DNA of 64,000 nt, taken from contig NC_081334.1 of assembly GCF_022539665.2 (NCBI RefSeq), positions 434,001 to 498,000 of the forward strand. The letters are read 5' to 3'. How positions within the stretch are numbered: position 1 is the stretch's first letter; the number at the start of each line of letters is the position of its first letter. This stretch comes from Daphnia carinata. Its lineage: Eukaryota. Below, in pieces: positions 45,075-58,385 of this stretch. Position numbers and translations under genes: made by a program. The notes under the pieces were generated by a model. It ran no database searches and was not told the DNA's origin. It was given only the letters and a program-made list of their open reading frames with translations.

Positions 45075-48000
45075 TTAGTTGAAAAACTGTGGCTTGCTGT
45101 CGGCCAAGAGTCGTATTAGGAGCAAACTCGGCAATACGCCAGTCGTGCTCGTGAGAGTCGACCTCCATCGCTTCCTCATCGTCGTCATCGTCGTCGATGC
45201 TGATAGAGTCGCGAGGACCAGAGGCCGGTTGAGGCTGGACGCCGTCATTACGGGCTTCTCAGTCATTTTGGAGGAAAAAAAAAAAAAACCAGGCGACAAA
45301 AACAAACGGCCACATCATTTTCAACTTGTTTTTACTTTGTTTAGAAGAACAATGAAGTTTTAGGGCAATCGATTCATCACGACGAATAATCAAACCAAAA
45401 TTAAGTGGGTATAATATAATTGATACGAAAAATTATAAGCTTCAACGACCCGTTGAAATCAACCTACTAAAAATACCGTGGGTAGGGGCTGATGCATGAA
45501 AAGATTCGACATGCCAAACTAACGAATGAAAACGACAGCAAGATAAACACAACCAAACCGCATTCCAACCATAATATATAATAACCGACGACGTAAGTGA
45601 ATAGAATGCTTAAATAAAACCATAGGCATGATTTAAAAAAAAGGATAAATAATAATAATGATAATAATAATAATAATAAGGTAGAGAATAAACCAATCAT
45701 TGAAAACCTGAAAGTGACCAACTGAGGTGAACACTGTACAACGAAAGGGAATGGTGACGTAAAACGAAAAATGAAGCGGGTAGGGTTGGTGTGTATGTTT
45801 GCGTGAGAGAGAAAAAGGAAAGAGAAAGATTCACAGTGTCTTTTTAGACAACTGAACGGAGAGCTCTACCTGCTCCGCTAGAGGTCAATTCCGGCAGAGG
45901 GGTGGACTCCTTTGGCTCTGTGGCAGTACTTTGGAATGCGGTCGGGCGGTTTGGGGACAGTGAGGGGGAAGCTCGGGAATGCGTGGTGGAAATGGCCGTC
46001 GCGGTGCTGTCCACGACTCGTTTGCGGATAACCCGCTGGATGTTGCCGAATCCATCGTCCACTTCGAACGAGTCGACGTCTTCCAGTTGAGGACCTCGGG
46101 TCCGGATGTATTCTTCTACTGCCTGTCTTGACGGTAAGTTATGTTCATCCGTTGGCAAATCTTGGGCGTCAACGAACGCCCTGCGTTGAGTGACCCGTGT
46201 CACGAGTATGTTGCCCGTCACTGGATCGGTGACTTCAACTTCTTGGATATCTTCTCCAGGAGCGAATTGAGTCACGAAATCCTTCATTTGTTCATCGACA
46301 TCAGGGCCGTGGAACGTGACTTTGCGGATTTCGGGGCTCAGTTCCACCGTGCAGCTCGTTTCTGTACGTTCCGTGTAAACGGGGGCTCCGGAAGGCGTCA
46401 TTGCCGCGTCGGTCGGATGGACAGTGACAGCTACGGCGGACCCCATGGAACTAGTCATACTTCCGGACATGATCGAATCTGAATCGAAGCCTCCGGTGGC
46501 TCGAGAACTGCTTTGTGTCTGTTCCAGTGAGTCGGAAGAACATGTAGTTGGCCTAAAAATGCCGGTAGGTCGTTGCAGAGTTGTGTCACGCGGGAGATCG
46601 TCTCTAGAGGAAGATGAGTCGCTTGATGACTCCGCACCGACCATGGCTTGTAGCGAATCGGATTCGTGGCCTGTCCGGCTTCGTGCGTTGGCGGAATCGA
46701 GTGAATCGACCGAGCTGGGTCCGAAGACGTCCAGCGAGTCGGGACCACCTGCCAGACTGTCCGGCTGTTGGGCATCATCGGAGCTGTATTTGATTTCTGT
46801 GCGGATGCATGTACGGTAAGTAGCTGCTGTACGCTGGCTCGTGGAGCCGCCGGCTAGAAAGTCCGGTTCGATACTATCGATGGAATCCACCGATTCCGTC
46901 TTCATGTCTACGACGCTGCTACGAGTCGCTTCGTTCAAACTTCCCGCCGATTCCATCCTTGCGCTGCGGATAGTTTGCTGGACTTCAGCCGTCAGTTCCG
47001 TCTCGAACTGTTCGATATTCGTCTGGGCTTGGCGGATGATTTCGTCGATTTCAAACATGCGTTGTTCGTAGTCGTCGTCGTCGTCTTCTTCCGTGTCGTC
47101 ACCTCCGCGTCTTCCGGCATCCGAAAGCGTCTCGCAACTCTCCGATTCGGACATCTGGCTCTCATGACCTTCTTCAATTTCAGACAGTAAGGCAGCCTCT
47201 TGTTGTCTGGCTCGTTCTTCTAATTTAGCTGCTTCCGCCATATCACGCTCGAGCCGCTCGAATTCCGTCAACGAATTAACGGACACGTTATCGCCTCCGC
47301 TACTACGGCTACCGATGCGTCGGCCATTAAGCGATTCCTGCGAACCGGATCCGTTGCTCTGGCGCCTCAGTTTTTCAGCGTGCAATTCCAGCTCGAGTCT
47401 TTCGAAATCCTGGAGCGAATCGACCGAGAGATCGTCGACGTCACCGCTGCGCGTAAAATATCTCCTTCCGCTAAGTACGTCGAATTCGGGAGTGCTGCTC
47501 AAAGACTCCTTCAGACGGCCAACGAGACGGTCAGAGCCGTTGAGACTCTCTTCGTCCTCTTTGCCTTCTTCAATGTCGGCTAGCGGCTGGACGCGGATGG
47601 GAATTTGTTGGTAAATTTCTTGGGCAGCGTCTTCGGCCTCTTCGAATTGCATTTCCATCCAGCGCTTTTGTTTCTCTAAATCCTCGATGACGTCCTCGAC
47701 TTCAACTGCGTCTTCCGGTTCATCTTCTGCCCTTTCAAAAGACATTTCATAGTTGTATCCGGCCATAGTTGGTGGATCGATACGTCTGGCCACCAAAGCT
47801 GGAGGCGATATCAGTTCTCCTACATCCATTTCAGGATAACCAGCCTCAACTTCTTCTTGTTCTTCAGCTAATTCTTGCTCACATTCTTCGATCTCTTCTA
47901 CTTGCTCCCCTTCTTCCGACTGGAACAATTGCTCGCCCTGCTCCAGTTGTGCTGACTCTACCGTTTCCGCTTCGAAGCCTTCGTCTCTTTCTTCGTGTTC

Positions 48001-51000
48001 CTCATCGGAAGGCACTTCCTCGATAACTTGTTTAGCCAATTCTGGCAGGTCGGCACCGGCGACGTTCTCCGGATAACTAAAGCGACGATCGATGACCGGG
48101 CTCGCGTGCTGTACGGTGATATCGGGAACCATGGAAGCGGGCAGAATCATTTCTTCCGATTCTTCTTGCACGACGACGCGACGCGTTGTGATTTGCGTAT
48201 TGATGGACTGAGTTGATTCGTCAATCACGATCGCCGAGCTTATGGTCACCTGACGGCTGACGATACCCTCCACGTCCGTGGACGATGCCAAACTTCCAGA
48301 TCGGCTGGTAATCGTGGCTGCATCCAAGGCTGTCACTGTCGCAGTGGCTTCGTCTTCTTGGCAATCCTGGTCGGCTTCCGGTTCATCCGAAAGTTGATCG
48401 TACGTGTCTTGTTTGACGGTCCTGCCGCCCGCTTCTATAACCGTAGACGTCGTGCCATCGGACAGAGTGGATGTCGACAGATAGGCCGCTTCATCGTTCG
48501 TCGACATAACGTAATCGAACAACAGTTTCTCAGCTTCCAGGCTCGATTTCAAACTGGGCGATTCTTCCGATGGAGTCGGCGTAGTGGGTGGAGAAATTCC
48601 AGTTTCACGCAGGGGCTTCGGTTCCGGATGGAAAGTCATCTCTTGAGAACGTTTCATGCCGGGTGGAATTAAATCGTCTTCCGGATCGTCGTCGTCATCG
48701 TCTTCCAGTTCGACCATACCTTCGTCGACTGGACTGATCATTTCGAACGGACTTTCTGCACGAGTGGCCACTTCGTCTTGTTCGTCACGCTGGACGGGGG
48801 CCACCGGAAGATCGCTGGCCAATTTGAATTGAGCGTCCATTTGATTGAGATCGAGAGAAACATCTGTAGGCGTTAAATCACGATCCGTGGTGTCTTGCTC
48901 CAGGGCGGACGCCATCAACGTCTCCGACGTCTCTGACGCTAAGCCGGTCGTGGAGTCCAATGATTTCATCGACTCCCGAGAACTGACCGAACTGACGGCC
49001 GAATGAAAATCGCTCGAATTAACCGAACGTGACGAAGAGGAAAAAGCCGTTTCGTATTCGGAAGAGCAGGCCGTCGTGGCTCCGGTGCTAAGCAATGCCT
49101 CTACATCGGACGACGTTGGCCGGCTAGGGCGCTGAACTCCCGTTTCCGCTGCTGAGAAGTAAATGGTTTCCTCGTCTTTCTTCGTCCACGTCGTAGACGT
49201 TTCTTCGTACGAGACGGTTTTGTTCTCAGAAAACGTAGCCGAGGAATCAATCTTACTTCCCGAGGATGTGGTAGATGTCGTCTCACGTTCAGGACTGTAC
49301 ACTTGCTCCGGGCTAGTTGCTTCTTGTTCCTGGGTGCCTTGAAGCTCGATGTCTAGTCCGGGTAAAATCGCACGGTTGAGTACTTGAGTATCGACATGCT
49401 CAATATGCGTCGATGATTCGTGTATTTCAGTAAGCGACCAGTTGATGGTTTCTTCTGTTATGTTTTGGGCATCGGAGACGACCACCTCTTCGTGGACGTC
49501 CACCTGGCGGATGTACTCGGAGATCTTGGCTTCGGTTTCTTCTTTGAACGTCAAAGTTTGTGCGACCTCCTGAGGCACTTCCGCGGCTCCTTCGCTTATT
49601 TCTTTTAATTCAACGTCCGGTGTCGACGATGTAATCATCTCGGCCCGTCGCGGAGCTTCTGCTTTAATCTCTTCAATCAAATTCTCGGCCAACTGGAGAG
49701 CCTCCTCCGGTGTTAATTCCCTGTCGCGTTCTTCCTGGAAACTCAGTCCCTGGCTGAAGATTTTCTCCCTGGCTTGCGAGGGATCTTGTTCGTCATCATC
49801 GGCTTCTCCTTCGCTTCCATAAGTTTCCAAATCCTGCGAGTCGAGTGAAGTTGTCCGGCTACGCGGTTGACTAGATACTGGGCACTCGTCATGTTCTTCC
49901 GTCACGATCGGTTCTTGTGGCAACTCAAAGGCCAAACGGCTGTGCGGCGATGGGAGAGGCGATTCTTCGTCTTCCTCCTCGTCTCCCTGCGCCGCCGGCT
50001 GGTCGAAATCGGGGCCGTAAGTTCCAATGACGTAAGCCTCACCTCTGGGAACCTCAAAAGGGCTGACGGCCCTAGCGATGTTGGCCGGTTCGTGTTCGCT
50101 CATGTCGATGTGGTCGACGCCGATGAAAGCAGTGTTGATGAAAGCCATTCCGGTAGCGGCTTCCCCTTCCTCCTGCGATTCGCCACTGCTCGTCAGTCCA
50201 CCACCGAACGACTCTTGATGCACAATCGAAATGTCTGGCACTTCTTGTTCTTGCGAATCGACATTGACTTCAACGGAATCGGCCGTGGTCCAATCGCCCG
50301 TTGTCAGGTCGGCGGTGGTCGAGTCTTCGAATCCGGAAGCGGTGGGTGCAGATTCGAGCGGAGGGGAATCGGCAGCCTGCTGACGTTGATCGTATTGAAA
50401 TTCTTCGACAAAGACGGGTTGGCCATCTTTGAAAACGGTTTTGGAGGATTTGGCGAATTCTTCGGTCACCACTTGACGGCCTCCTGGTAGGACGACGTCG
50501 GAATGCGACTCGACGTCTTCGGCGCGCAGAGATACGCTCTCATCGCCACTGCTGTAAATGTATTCTTCTCTTCCGATGCGCTCTCGGTGTGACGAGCCAG
50601 TGACAGTCTCCTCCAAGACGATGGGATTATCGAGATTGCCACTAAGACGAGTCACTGTCGTCTCTTCCGTCCGGACGGTTTGAATTTCTTCCACTTTGCT
50701 GCTGGACTGATCTACCGGTGGCTGTACAAGTTGGAGATCTTCAATAATTTCCTGGCCGGCGGCGACGCCCGTCGATTCGTGTGTCGTGTCGATGACGGTT
50801 TCTGAAGTGGACACTTTAGTGACTGTATAACGACCGACTTCATAGATGTCTTCCTCAGACAAGACGGCGCTGGAACGCTCTGATTTCGTCTCTCGCTGGC
50901 CGATGGGTCCAAACGATTCGTCCGTCACAATCAGGCTGCTCCTCTCCGATTTGGTCTGTCTCGTTCTGGTCGACGATGACGTCGACGACGATGTTGACGA

Positions 51001-54000
51001 AGTGCCCGACGCCACTTCTTCCCAAAACTGTTTGCGGACAGAGTAGCTCTCGACGTTCTCCTGGATGGAAGAGGCCAACGATTCGGCCGAACATCCGGCG
51101 TTGGCGTCAGTGGATGACGTGTGATCGGCGCTAGTGAAGTAACCAGGAATCATGCGGCTGACTCGCGGTGCGGCTACTGGCATCCGACTGCCCGACGAGT
51201 GAGGCTGTTCCGAAACGGAACGCGATAAATTCTGCCGCTTGGACAGCACCGGAATGCGTGAGGATGGAACAGTGTTTGTGGTATCAATTGGGATTTCAGG
51301 TGATTCGGTTTCAGGTAGGGGGTGTGGATTAGTGACCAATGACTGGTGGGCGGATGCGGCTGTATTACCTGCCGAGGTTAGTCTGGCATCTAAAAAACGT
51401 ACAGGTACGTTGCAATATGTTTTCGTTTTTTTTTTTTTTTTTTTTTTGTACTGTCCAGTGTTTGTCTATTTAAAATATCTTAACACTTAATTACCAACAA
51501 AACTTAATTGATAAACTATTAGCTATGCTTAAATAGATTTAGAACTTAACAGATAGAACAAGTTCAAAGTCATTTAAAAACAGGAGAAGAAAGAAACGTT
51601 AGTCAATCAGTTCATTTCCTTGTTAGTACGAACTAACTAACTAAAGTTAAGTGTGCGGTTAAATTATGAGGCGCAGTCGGAGTTCCATTCAATCGACAAG
51701 GCATAACAATACCAACCCCGATCTGACAAACCCAGACTATATATAATTCCGATGTCATTGCCTACCTACGCGATGCAAGAGTTATGGCCGAATAAGATAG
51801 GAACAGGCCGTGAAAAAGAAAGAGAATACAATTTTTTTTTTTTTTTTTATCTATAAAGCCTGCAATCTGTTTGGATTCTTGTGTATGTCAGGAAGTTTCA
51901 AAAGTATTTGCATCCAGGGATTCCCAGGCAAAGCAGCTGAAAAGGCAGAGGAAGAGGTCGACATCGTTTGCTTCTTCGTTGATTTCGATTCTTTGGCATT
52001 GCGGAATGGTGACATATTTTTGTTTTAAATCAATAATGTGGATGCTGGATCAGCGGTGATCATGCAAAACGGGTGACGGGCCTTAAACGAGATAAACGAA
52101 AACAAAGGGAAACCGAAGTTTCCCGTTCGTCAGTAATGTACCTGTGGAAGGGAACTGAATTCGACAAAAAGATGACCCGATAAAAGGTAAATCGATGGCA
52201 GGAAGGCTGGGCACGGGGACCGGAGTTGTTGTTTGCGATCGATTGTCTGGCTGCAGGAAAACAGTTTCAAACATGGCCGAGGCCAAAATGGCTTCGGCCA
52301 TACGCTCGGCTCGCTCATCCAATGGACTCTCGTCCGGTCTCGGTCGGTGGTGGTCGTTCAAAACGCTGGCAACTCGCGCCGCGTGCGATTTATTTTCGAG
52401 ATCCTCTTCTTCGGTGTAGAGTTCGTTCATATCGTCGTCGACGACACCTTCGTCAGAGGTCGTGCTAACTAATTCCGAAGACTCTTCCGGCTCTGAATGC
52501 ACTACGGGCTCGGTTTCCAGCACCAATTCCGTTTCAAGTAACACCGATCCCATTTCAGGTTTTCTTGCGCATAATTCGACAACGCGCGACGCGGCTTCTC
52601 CTTGTCGCACCGTAGACGTTTGTAGAACTAGTTCGACATCCGATTCCGTACCCAATTCCGGTAGCGAAACTCCCTCCGCAACAGGATTCGAAGGCGCGCA
52701 TCCGTCTAAAACATCGCCAGAACTAACTTCCAGCTCCGTAATCGTTTCCACCACTGGTTCGAGATCTGACTGCGCATCAGTTTCTAAAATAGGTGCTGAA
52801 TGGTCTGCCTGCGCTGGAACACTTTCAAGCATCGACTTCGATTGTGGAATAAAAAAAGGGTCAGCGTCGGATGCTGGATCGGATTCTGAATTCAGTTCGA
52901 GCGGAACTTCGGCCTCGGCTTCCGTGAAGTCTGCTGTCCCTTTCAACACTGGCTGGACATCGGGTTGCGTCGCTATTTCTAAAACAGGTACTGAGTTTTT
53001 AATGTCCGTAGATTGGAGTACCAATTCCGGTTGTGATTCCGGTTTCATCGCTGAAACAGGGTCACAACTTGTCTCGGCCACTGCAATTTTCTGCACCGAT
53101 TCCGCTTCGGAGGCGACGTCGGATTCTACATCTGACGTGCATTCGGATTCGAAATCCAGGCCTACGGAATCCTCTGTCTCTAATAATTCTGGGGCTGCTT
53201 CGCCAACCAGTTGGGCTACTAACGTTGATTTCACATCTGCCTGAGGCTCTTTCATGTCGTCCGACTCCCCCGCTAATCTCGATTCTGCAACCGGTTCAAT
53301 TTCTCCCAAATGCGCATCTTTCTCTAGATCGATTGGCCCTAAAGCAGCGGCTCGTTGTGGCTCCGATTCCGTTCTGCCGGCCACCTGTTCAACGGCCAAC
53401 TTCATGACTTGCTCTATCACCAAGTTCGCCTCTGCCATCAGCTGTGCTTCCAAATCTCTGCTATCCTCTGCTTCCGTGTCCGGCTCGAGGACCTGCTCTT
53501 GCTGCGCTACTCCATCGCTTTCGTCTTCCAATTTCGCTCGGCTTTCCGCCATCAAACTGGGTTCCAAATGCGAGTGCGTTTCTGAAACGGGGATGGAGAA
53601 ATCACGTTGCCCTCCTAACGCGACGCCTGATTCTATTACGGGGGCAGATTCGCATCCTATTTGAAAATGAAGATCGGAAAGTGGTGCCGATTGGCGCTGG
53701 ATTTCAGGTTCTGATTCCGGAGTCAACGCCACGACGAAGTCTGTTCGGCGGTGTTTCGTACCCGGTGAGCCGTGCCGATCCACGTACGTATCGGGTAAGG
53801 AAAGCGGACGAACGACTAGTTTGCTACGGGCGCTAAGGTCGTCCACGTGAATGACGGTGGACTCTGTTTCACTTGGCGGAATGGCGACTTTTTGAAAGTA
53901 ACGGACAGCTTCGGGGCTTCCGTAAATGGTTTCGGGAACGTCGCTCGTTTCGGAGTTTGCCGATTGCCGTTCCAGCAGCTCTTCCGTTTCTGTTGTCCGT

Positions 54001-56140
54001 TCGTGCTCTTCAAATTTGAGCTGGGCGTGCTCGAAGAGATCCGCTTCGCTCAGATCGCCCACATCGTCAATCACATCCGTCTGCACTTGATCCTCACAGT
54101 CTGACCGATTCGCATTTTAACGAAATCCCGCATTTCATTTGTTTTGTTTGTTTGTTTGTTTGTTTTTTCCGATGGAGTGAGTGAAAATAAAACGAAAAAA
54201 AAATAACTCAGTTAACTTAAAATGCAACGAAAAAAAAAAAAAAAAAACAATAATCAAAAATAATAAAAATAAAGTGACCAAGGGTAGCATGAAAATTAAT
54301 TGAGGGTTGCGTTTGCCTTTGAGGGAACCCCTTCCTCCTCACCCTGGATGCCTATACTTATAAATGCATTTCAACATAATCATCTAATTTTTACGTTTTA
54401 AGATATTAAAATTCTTTAGTCTGTTTCACTGCTACACTTTCAAGTCATCGAAAAAATATATAAATATATATATATAAATGCAGCGCGGGACGTGCTGAAA
54501 TTACGCCTATAGAATATTGAGTTCCAATATTGAGACATCCAACTAACTGATAATTGTTAATTGGTTCGAACCACAGGGAATTATATATAATCGATACCAC
54601 CAAGCCAACAGAAAGGATGCGCAGTTTTCGAGTACTGATTCTGGATGCTTCAATCGGGATAGTTATTTTTTTTTGTAAAATTAAAGAAAATTCATCGGAT
54701 TATAAAAAAAAAAATAAATAAATAAATAAATAAAATAAATCTGTTGCTGTACGCATTCCGGAATTTCTTCCCAATTTTTTATCCTACAACGATGCGACGA
54801 TGCACTGGGAGTGTATTTCTCTCCCTTTTTGGGGAACCCTTCCGGTCGGAAGAGCAAGTGAATGGGACCATGCCGATGTCCAGCTAAAGTGAGCGAGCGA
54901 TTTCAGGGATGTAGTCGAGTGAGTAGGGATCGAATCCATTCCAATAGGTCCGTGTCCGATTGAGTGTTTTTTCTCAAGTCTTACCTAAAGCTGGATGGGC
55001 TGGCCTCTGGTGGGGTGCGAGAAATCGGTGCGACTTGCGATTACGTCGTTCGGGAACCTGTGGGGACTGACTGGGCGACGAGGACGGGGAAATGGAAGAC
55101 GCGGAGGGTGGAGAAGGAACTCTGCGGATGAGCGGCGGCGAAGACGAGGGAAGCGGAGTTGAGCTTCTGCTGCTGCTGCTGCTCGGCTGGAAGATGCGCG
55201 AAAACGGGCCGGACGGCTGCTGGCCGGCGGGTAGGTCGACAAACTCGCGGATGCTGCGGATCTCAATGGCTTGCTTGCCGATGTCGGCCGTCTTGACCAT
55301 CAGTTTGACTTCGGCTTTCACAGGACGGCCGCCTTCCACCAACTGGTAAGGGCCGGGCGTCGATGGAAGTGGTAGCGGAGGCGGGGACGAAGAGAAATAA
55401 CGTCCGGCCGAATCGGCAAAGCGGAACGTCGGGCTCGTATAGACGATGGCTTTTTCCGATTCTTCCGCACTCATCTCGTCATCCGCCGAGCTCGGATAAG
55501 GCGATATCTGAATTCGCCTGAGTTCACCGTCCGCCGGATTCCAGTTACTCCTCGCAGTCGATTTACGCATAGCTTTGTGATGTCAATCGTAACCCAATTA
55601 TTCACCCACACACGTTGCCCAAACATCATCAGTCAGAATGCGGAATAGACGCAAGATAGAAGAGATACCTCAATATCGACCCGCACCTCTTAACGTCTTA
55701 CTTTTAAAAACATTTTTTCTCACTTAACTCACTTGACGTGTCGTAACGGATTTAATTAATTTGTTTAGTAAAGCTAACTTTATATTTTTCAATTAGTTTT
55801 CTTTTTTTTTTTAAGATTTAGAATATCAGGTGGGAAAAATGTCACCGACCTGATACCGCTGCTGGTTCAATGGCTTCCGCCTCTTCGGTCCAGGTCTCTT
55901 GCTGGACGTCTACTACACTCGGTAGGGATCCAAGGAAGACGAAAAGAAAAGAAACAAACAAAAGAAATAAAAATATAAACTGAAATGCACAAAAGCGAGC
56001 TGGGTGAAATGCAGCAGACTACGCCTATGGACGAAGGCCGGGGGGGGGGGGGGGGGGGGCTGGGCACTGGCACTGGCAACAAATCATCTCCGGATGACAT
56101 TTTTTTTTTTTTTTTTTTTTACGTTTCCCTTTTGGCTTTG

Positions 56141-56172
<32 letters not shown>

Positions 56173-58350
56173 TCGGTTCGGCTGGGTCCGATGCGTCTTC
56201 GCCCATGGAATGGCGTCGCACGCGCACCGTACTTCCGGCAAACATTTCAATCTCCGGAGTGACCCCGCGCGATTGATCGTCTTCGGCATGACCGTCTTCG
56301 ACATGATCGTCTTCGACGCTGATGTACTCGACGTCGGAGACGCCTTCTTCACGTTGACTGTTATCGACGAATCCGAGAAGTCCCGGAGATCCGCTGTACT
56401 TCCGGCTCGTGACTAGGCCATTCTCGTCTTCCTGGATGGTGACCACATGCTGCTGGCCGGCGTGGTAGGCGGGTCCATTGCGCGGGATCACCGGGGCGGG
56501 CGACGGAGCGTCTTCCTCGACGTTGTCGATGTCTTCGACATCGGTGACGGGATCGTCGTGATTTTGCGGGATCAGCAAAGCGGTGCCGGTGGAGGCCGGA
56601 ACAGTATCGCCGTCCTCATCAGCCCCGCTAACCGATTCGACGTCCGTCAGGCCGAGACGAGACGAGCGGCCGCTACAATCGAAGGATTCCGTTTCGCTAG
56701 TCTCGCCCGTCACCATAATGCCTGGCGGTAGGCGGATCATCTTCGTCGATTTTTCATCGTCGTCGGAGAATCGGAAATCTTCGACGTCCGTCGCGCCCTC
56801 GTCTTCGATCGGGCCAACCGTCAACAACACGCCGGGCACGGGCGGCGCGGGGGCCGGGGGCAAGTCGGAGTCTTCCACGCCAGAGATGCTCTCCACGTCC
56901 GTCACAGCTCCTTCCTCGGCGTTGGCGACGGACAAAAGAGGTCCGCTGGTCGTCGAGGCCGTCTTCTTCTTGCCTCTCGTCTTCCTCGGCTTCTTGCGTC
57001 CGCCTGCCGAGCTGACACTCAACAGCATCGAACCGCCGCTCCTGGGCTGCAGCTGAGGTGGCGGACGGTAGGCCACCTCTTCCTCTTGGTTGGACGTGCT
57101 GACATCGCCACCCAATTCGAGCTGGCCGATGACGTGATTCAACTCGGAATTGTCAGTACCTTGTTCCAATTCGTCGCCGGAATCGTCCAAGTCCTCGATA
57201 TCCGTCAGCGCTTCCATCAGCGTCAGTTTGCGTCCAGCGTCTTCGTCATCGGCCTCGTCCGAAGCGTCCGAATCATCTAGCGTGGCCACTACGCCCTTGA
57301 CGACCGTGTTGACGTGCGTGTTGCCTTCGTGATCGTCGATGATCTGCGTGATGTGCTGCTGAAGGACGGCCTCGAAAATCGGCGTGAAATCCTCGGCCGG
57401 AGTGCTGGCTTTGCTCTGGCCGCTGGATTCTTCGTGTTCGACTTCCACTGTTTCAACGTCCGTCAGCCCACTCTCTTCGCCATCGTCGACGGCCAGCGAT
57501 CCAAGGCCGGGCTTACCTTGTCCATCGGCAGACTTCTTCTTCTGCTTTTGCCGACGTCGCATCCGCGATGCGATCATCGTTTTGGCCCTGTTGGCCTCTT
57601 CGCTGTCGGAAAGCGAGAAATTCTCGTCTTCCGCTTCGGCCGAGACCGAGATCATGGGCACCGAATCCGCCATTTGTTTTTTGTTTTTTTAAATGATGAC
57701 TTTTTGGGGGGGGGGAGCAAAATTCACGATACAAAGAGGAGAGATGAGCAGTTAGTTGTTGGTGGAACGGCCGGAACGGGACTGGAGAGAGAAAGTGGCC
57801 CCTTGGACCGACGCTAAGACGGAGGGAATCTCCAAAAGTCAGGCGACACGACGGCTTCCTGGTAATAAGCTGAAGATAAAAAAAAAAGACCTGCCCCCTC
57901 TTTTAAAATGCGATCAGACCCATGTTCTCCTGGACAACAAATTATTCACAGGGTCTTCCTAACGAAAAGGGATCGAGGAGTTGGCAGCGAAGAAGGCAAA
58001 AACCGGGCACGTGGATCAATGCTCCAAAGTGGACGGGCAGGTGCGCAACGCGTGAGCCGATGAAGCCAAACATTGGGAAAAGGACGGACGGATTTGTTTT
58101 TTTTTTTGTTTTGTTTTTTTTCGTAATCTTGTTAGATCTTTTGAATGTCACACGTCACAAGAACACACAACTTTTCTTTTTTCTTTCCGGATCATTATGT
58201 CAATTAGGGCATTTTAAATGTCATCCCGATAGATGGCGCCAGTGCCACATAAAAACCGAATTTTTTTGCTGGGGTTAGAATTGGGACGTTAAAAAATAAC
58301 AAACAATTGACATAAGAGGGAGGTGATGGCTGGGCTTATTTATTCTAAAG

Positions 58351-58385
<35 letters not shown>

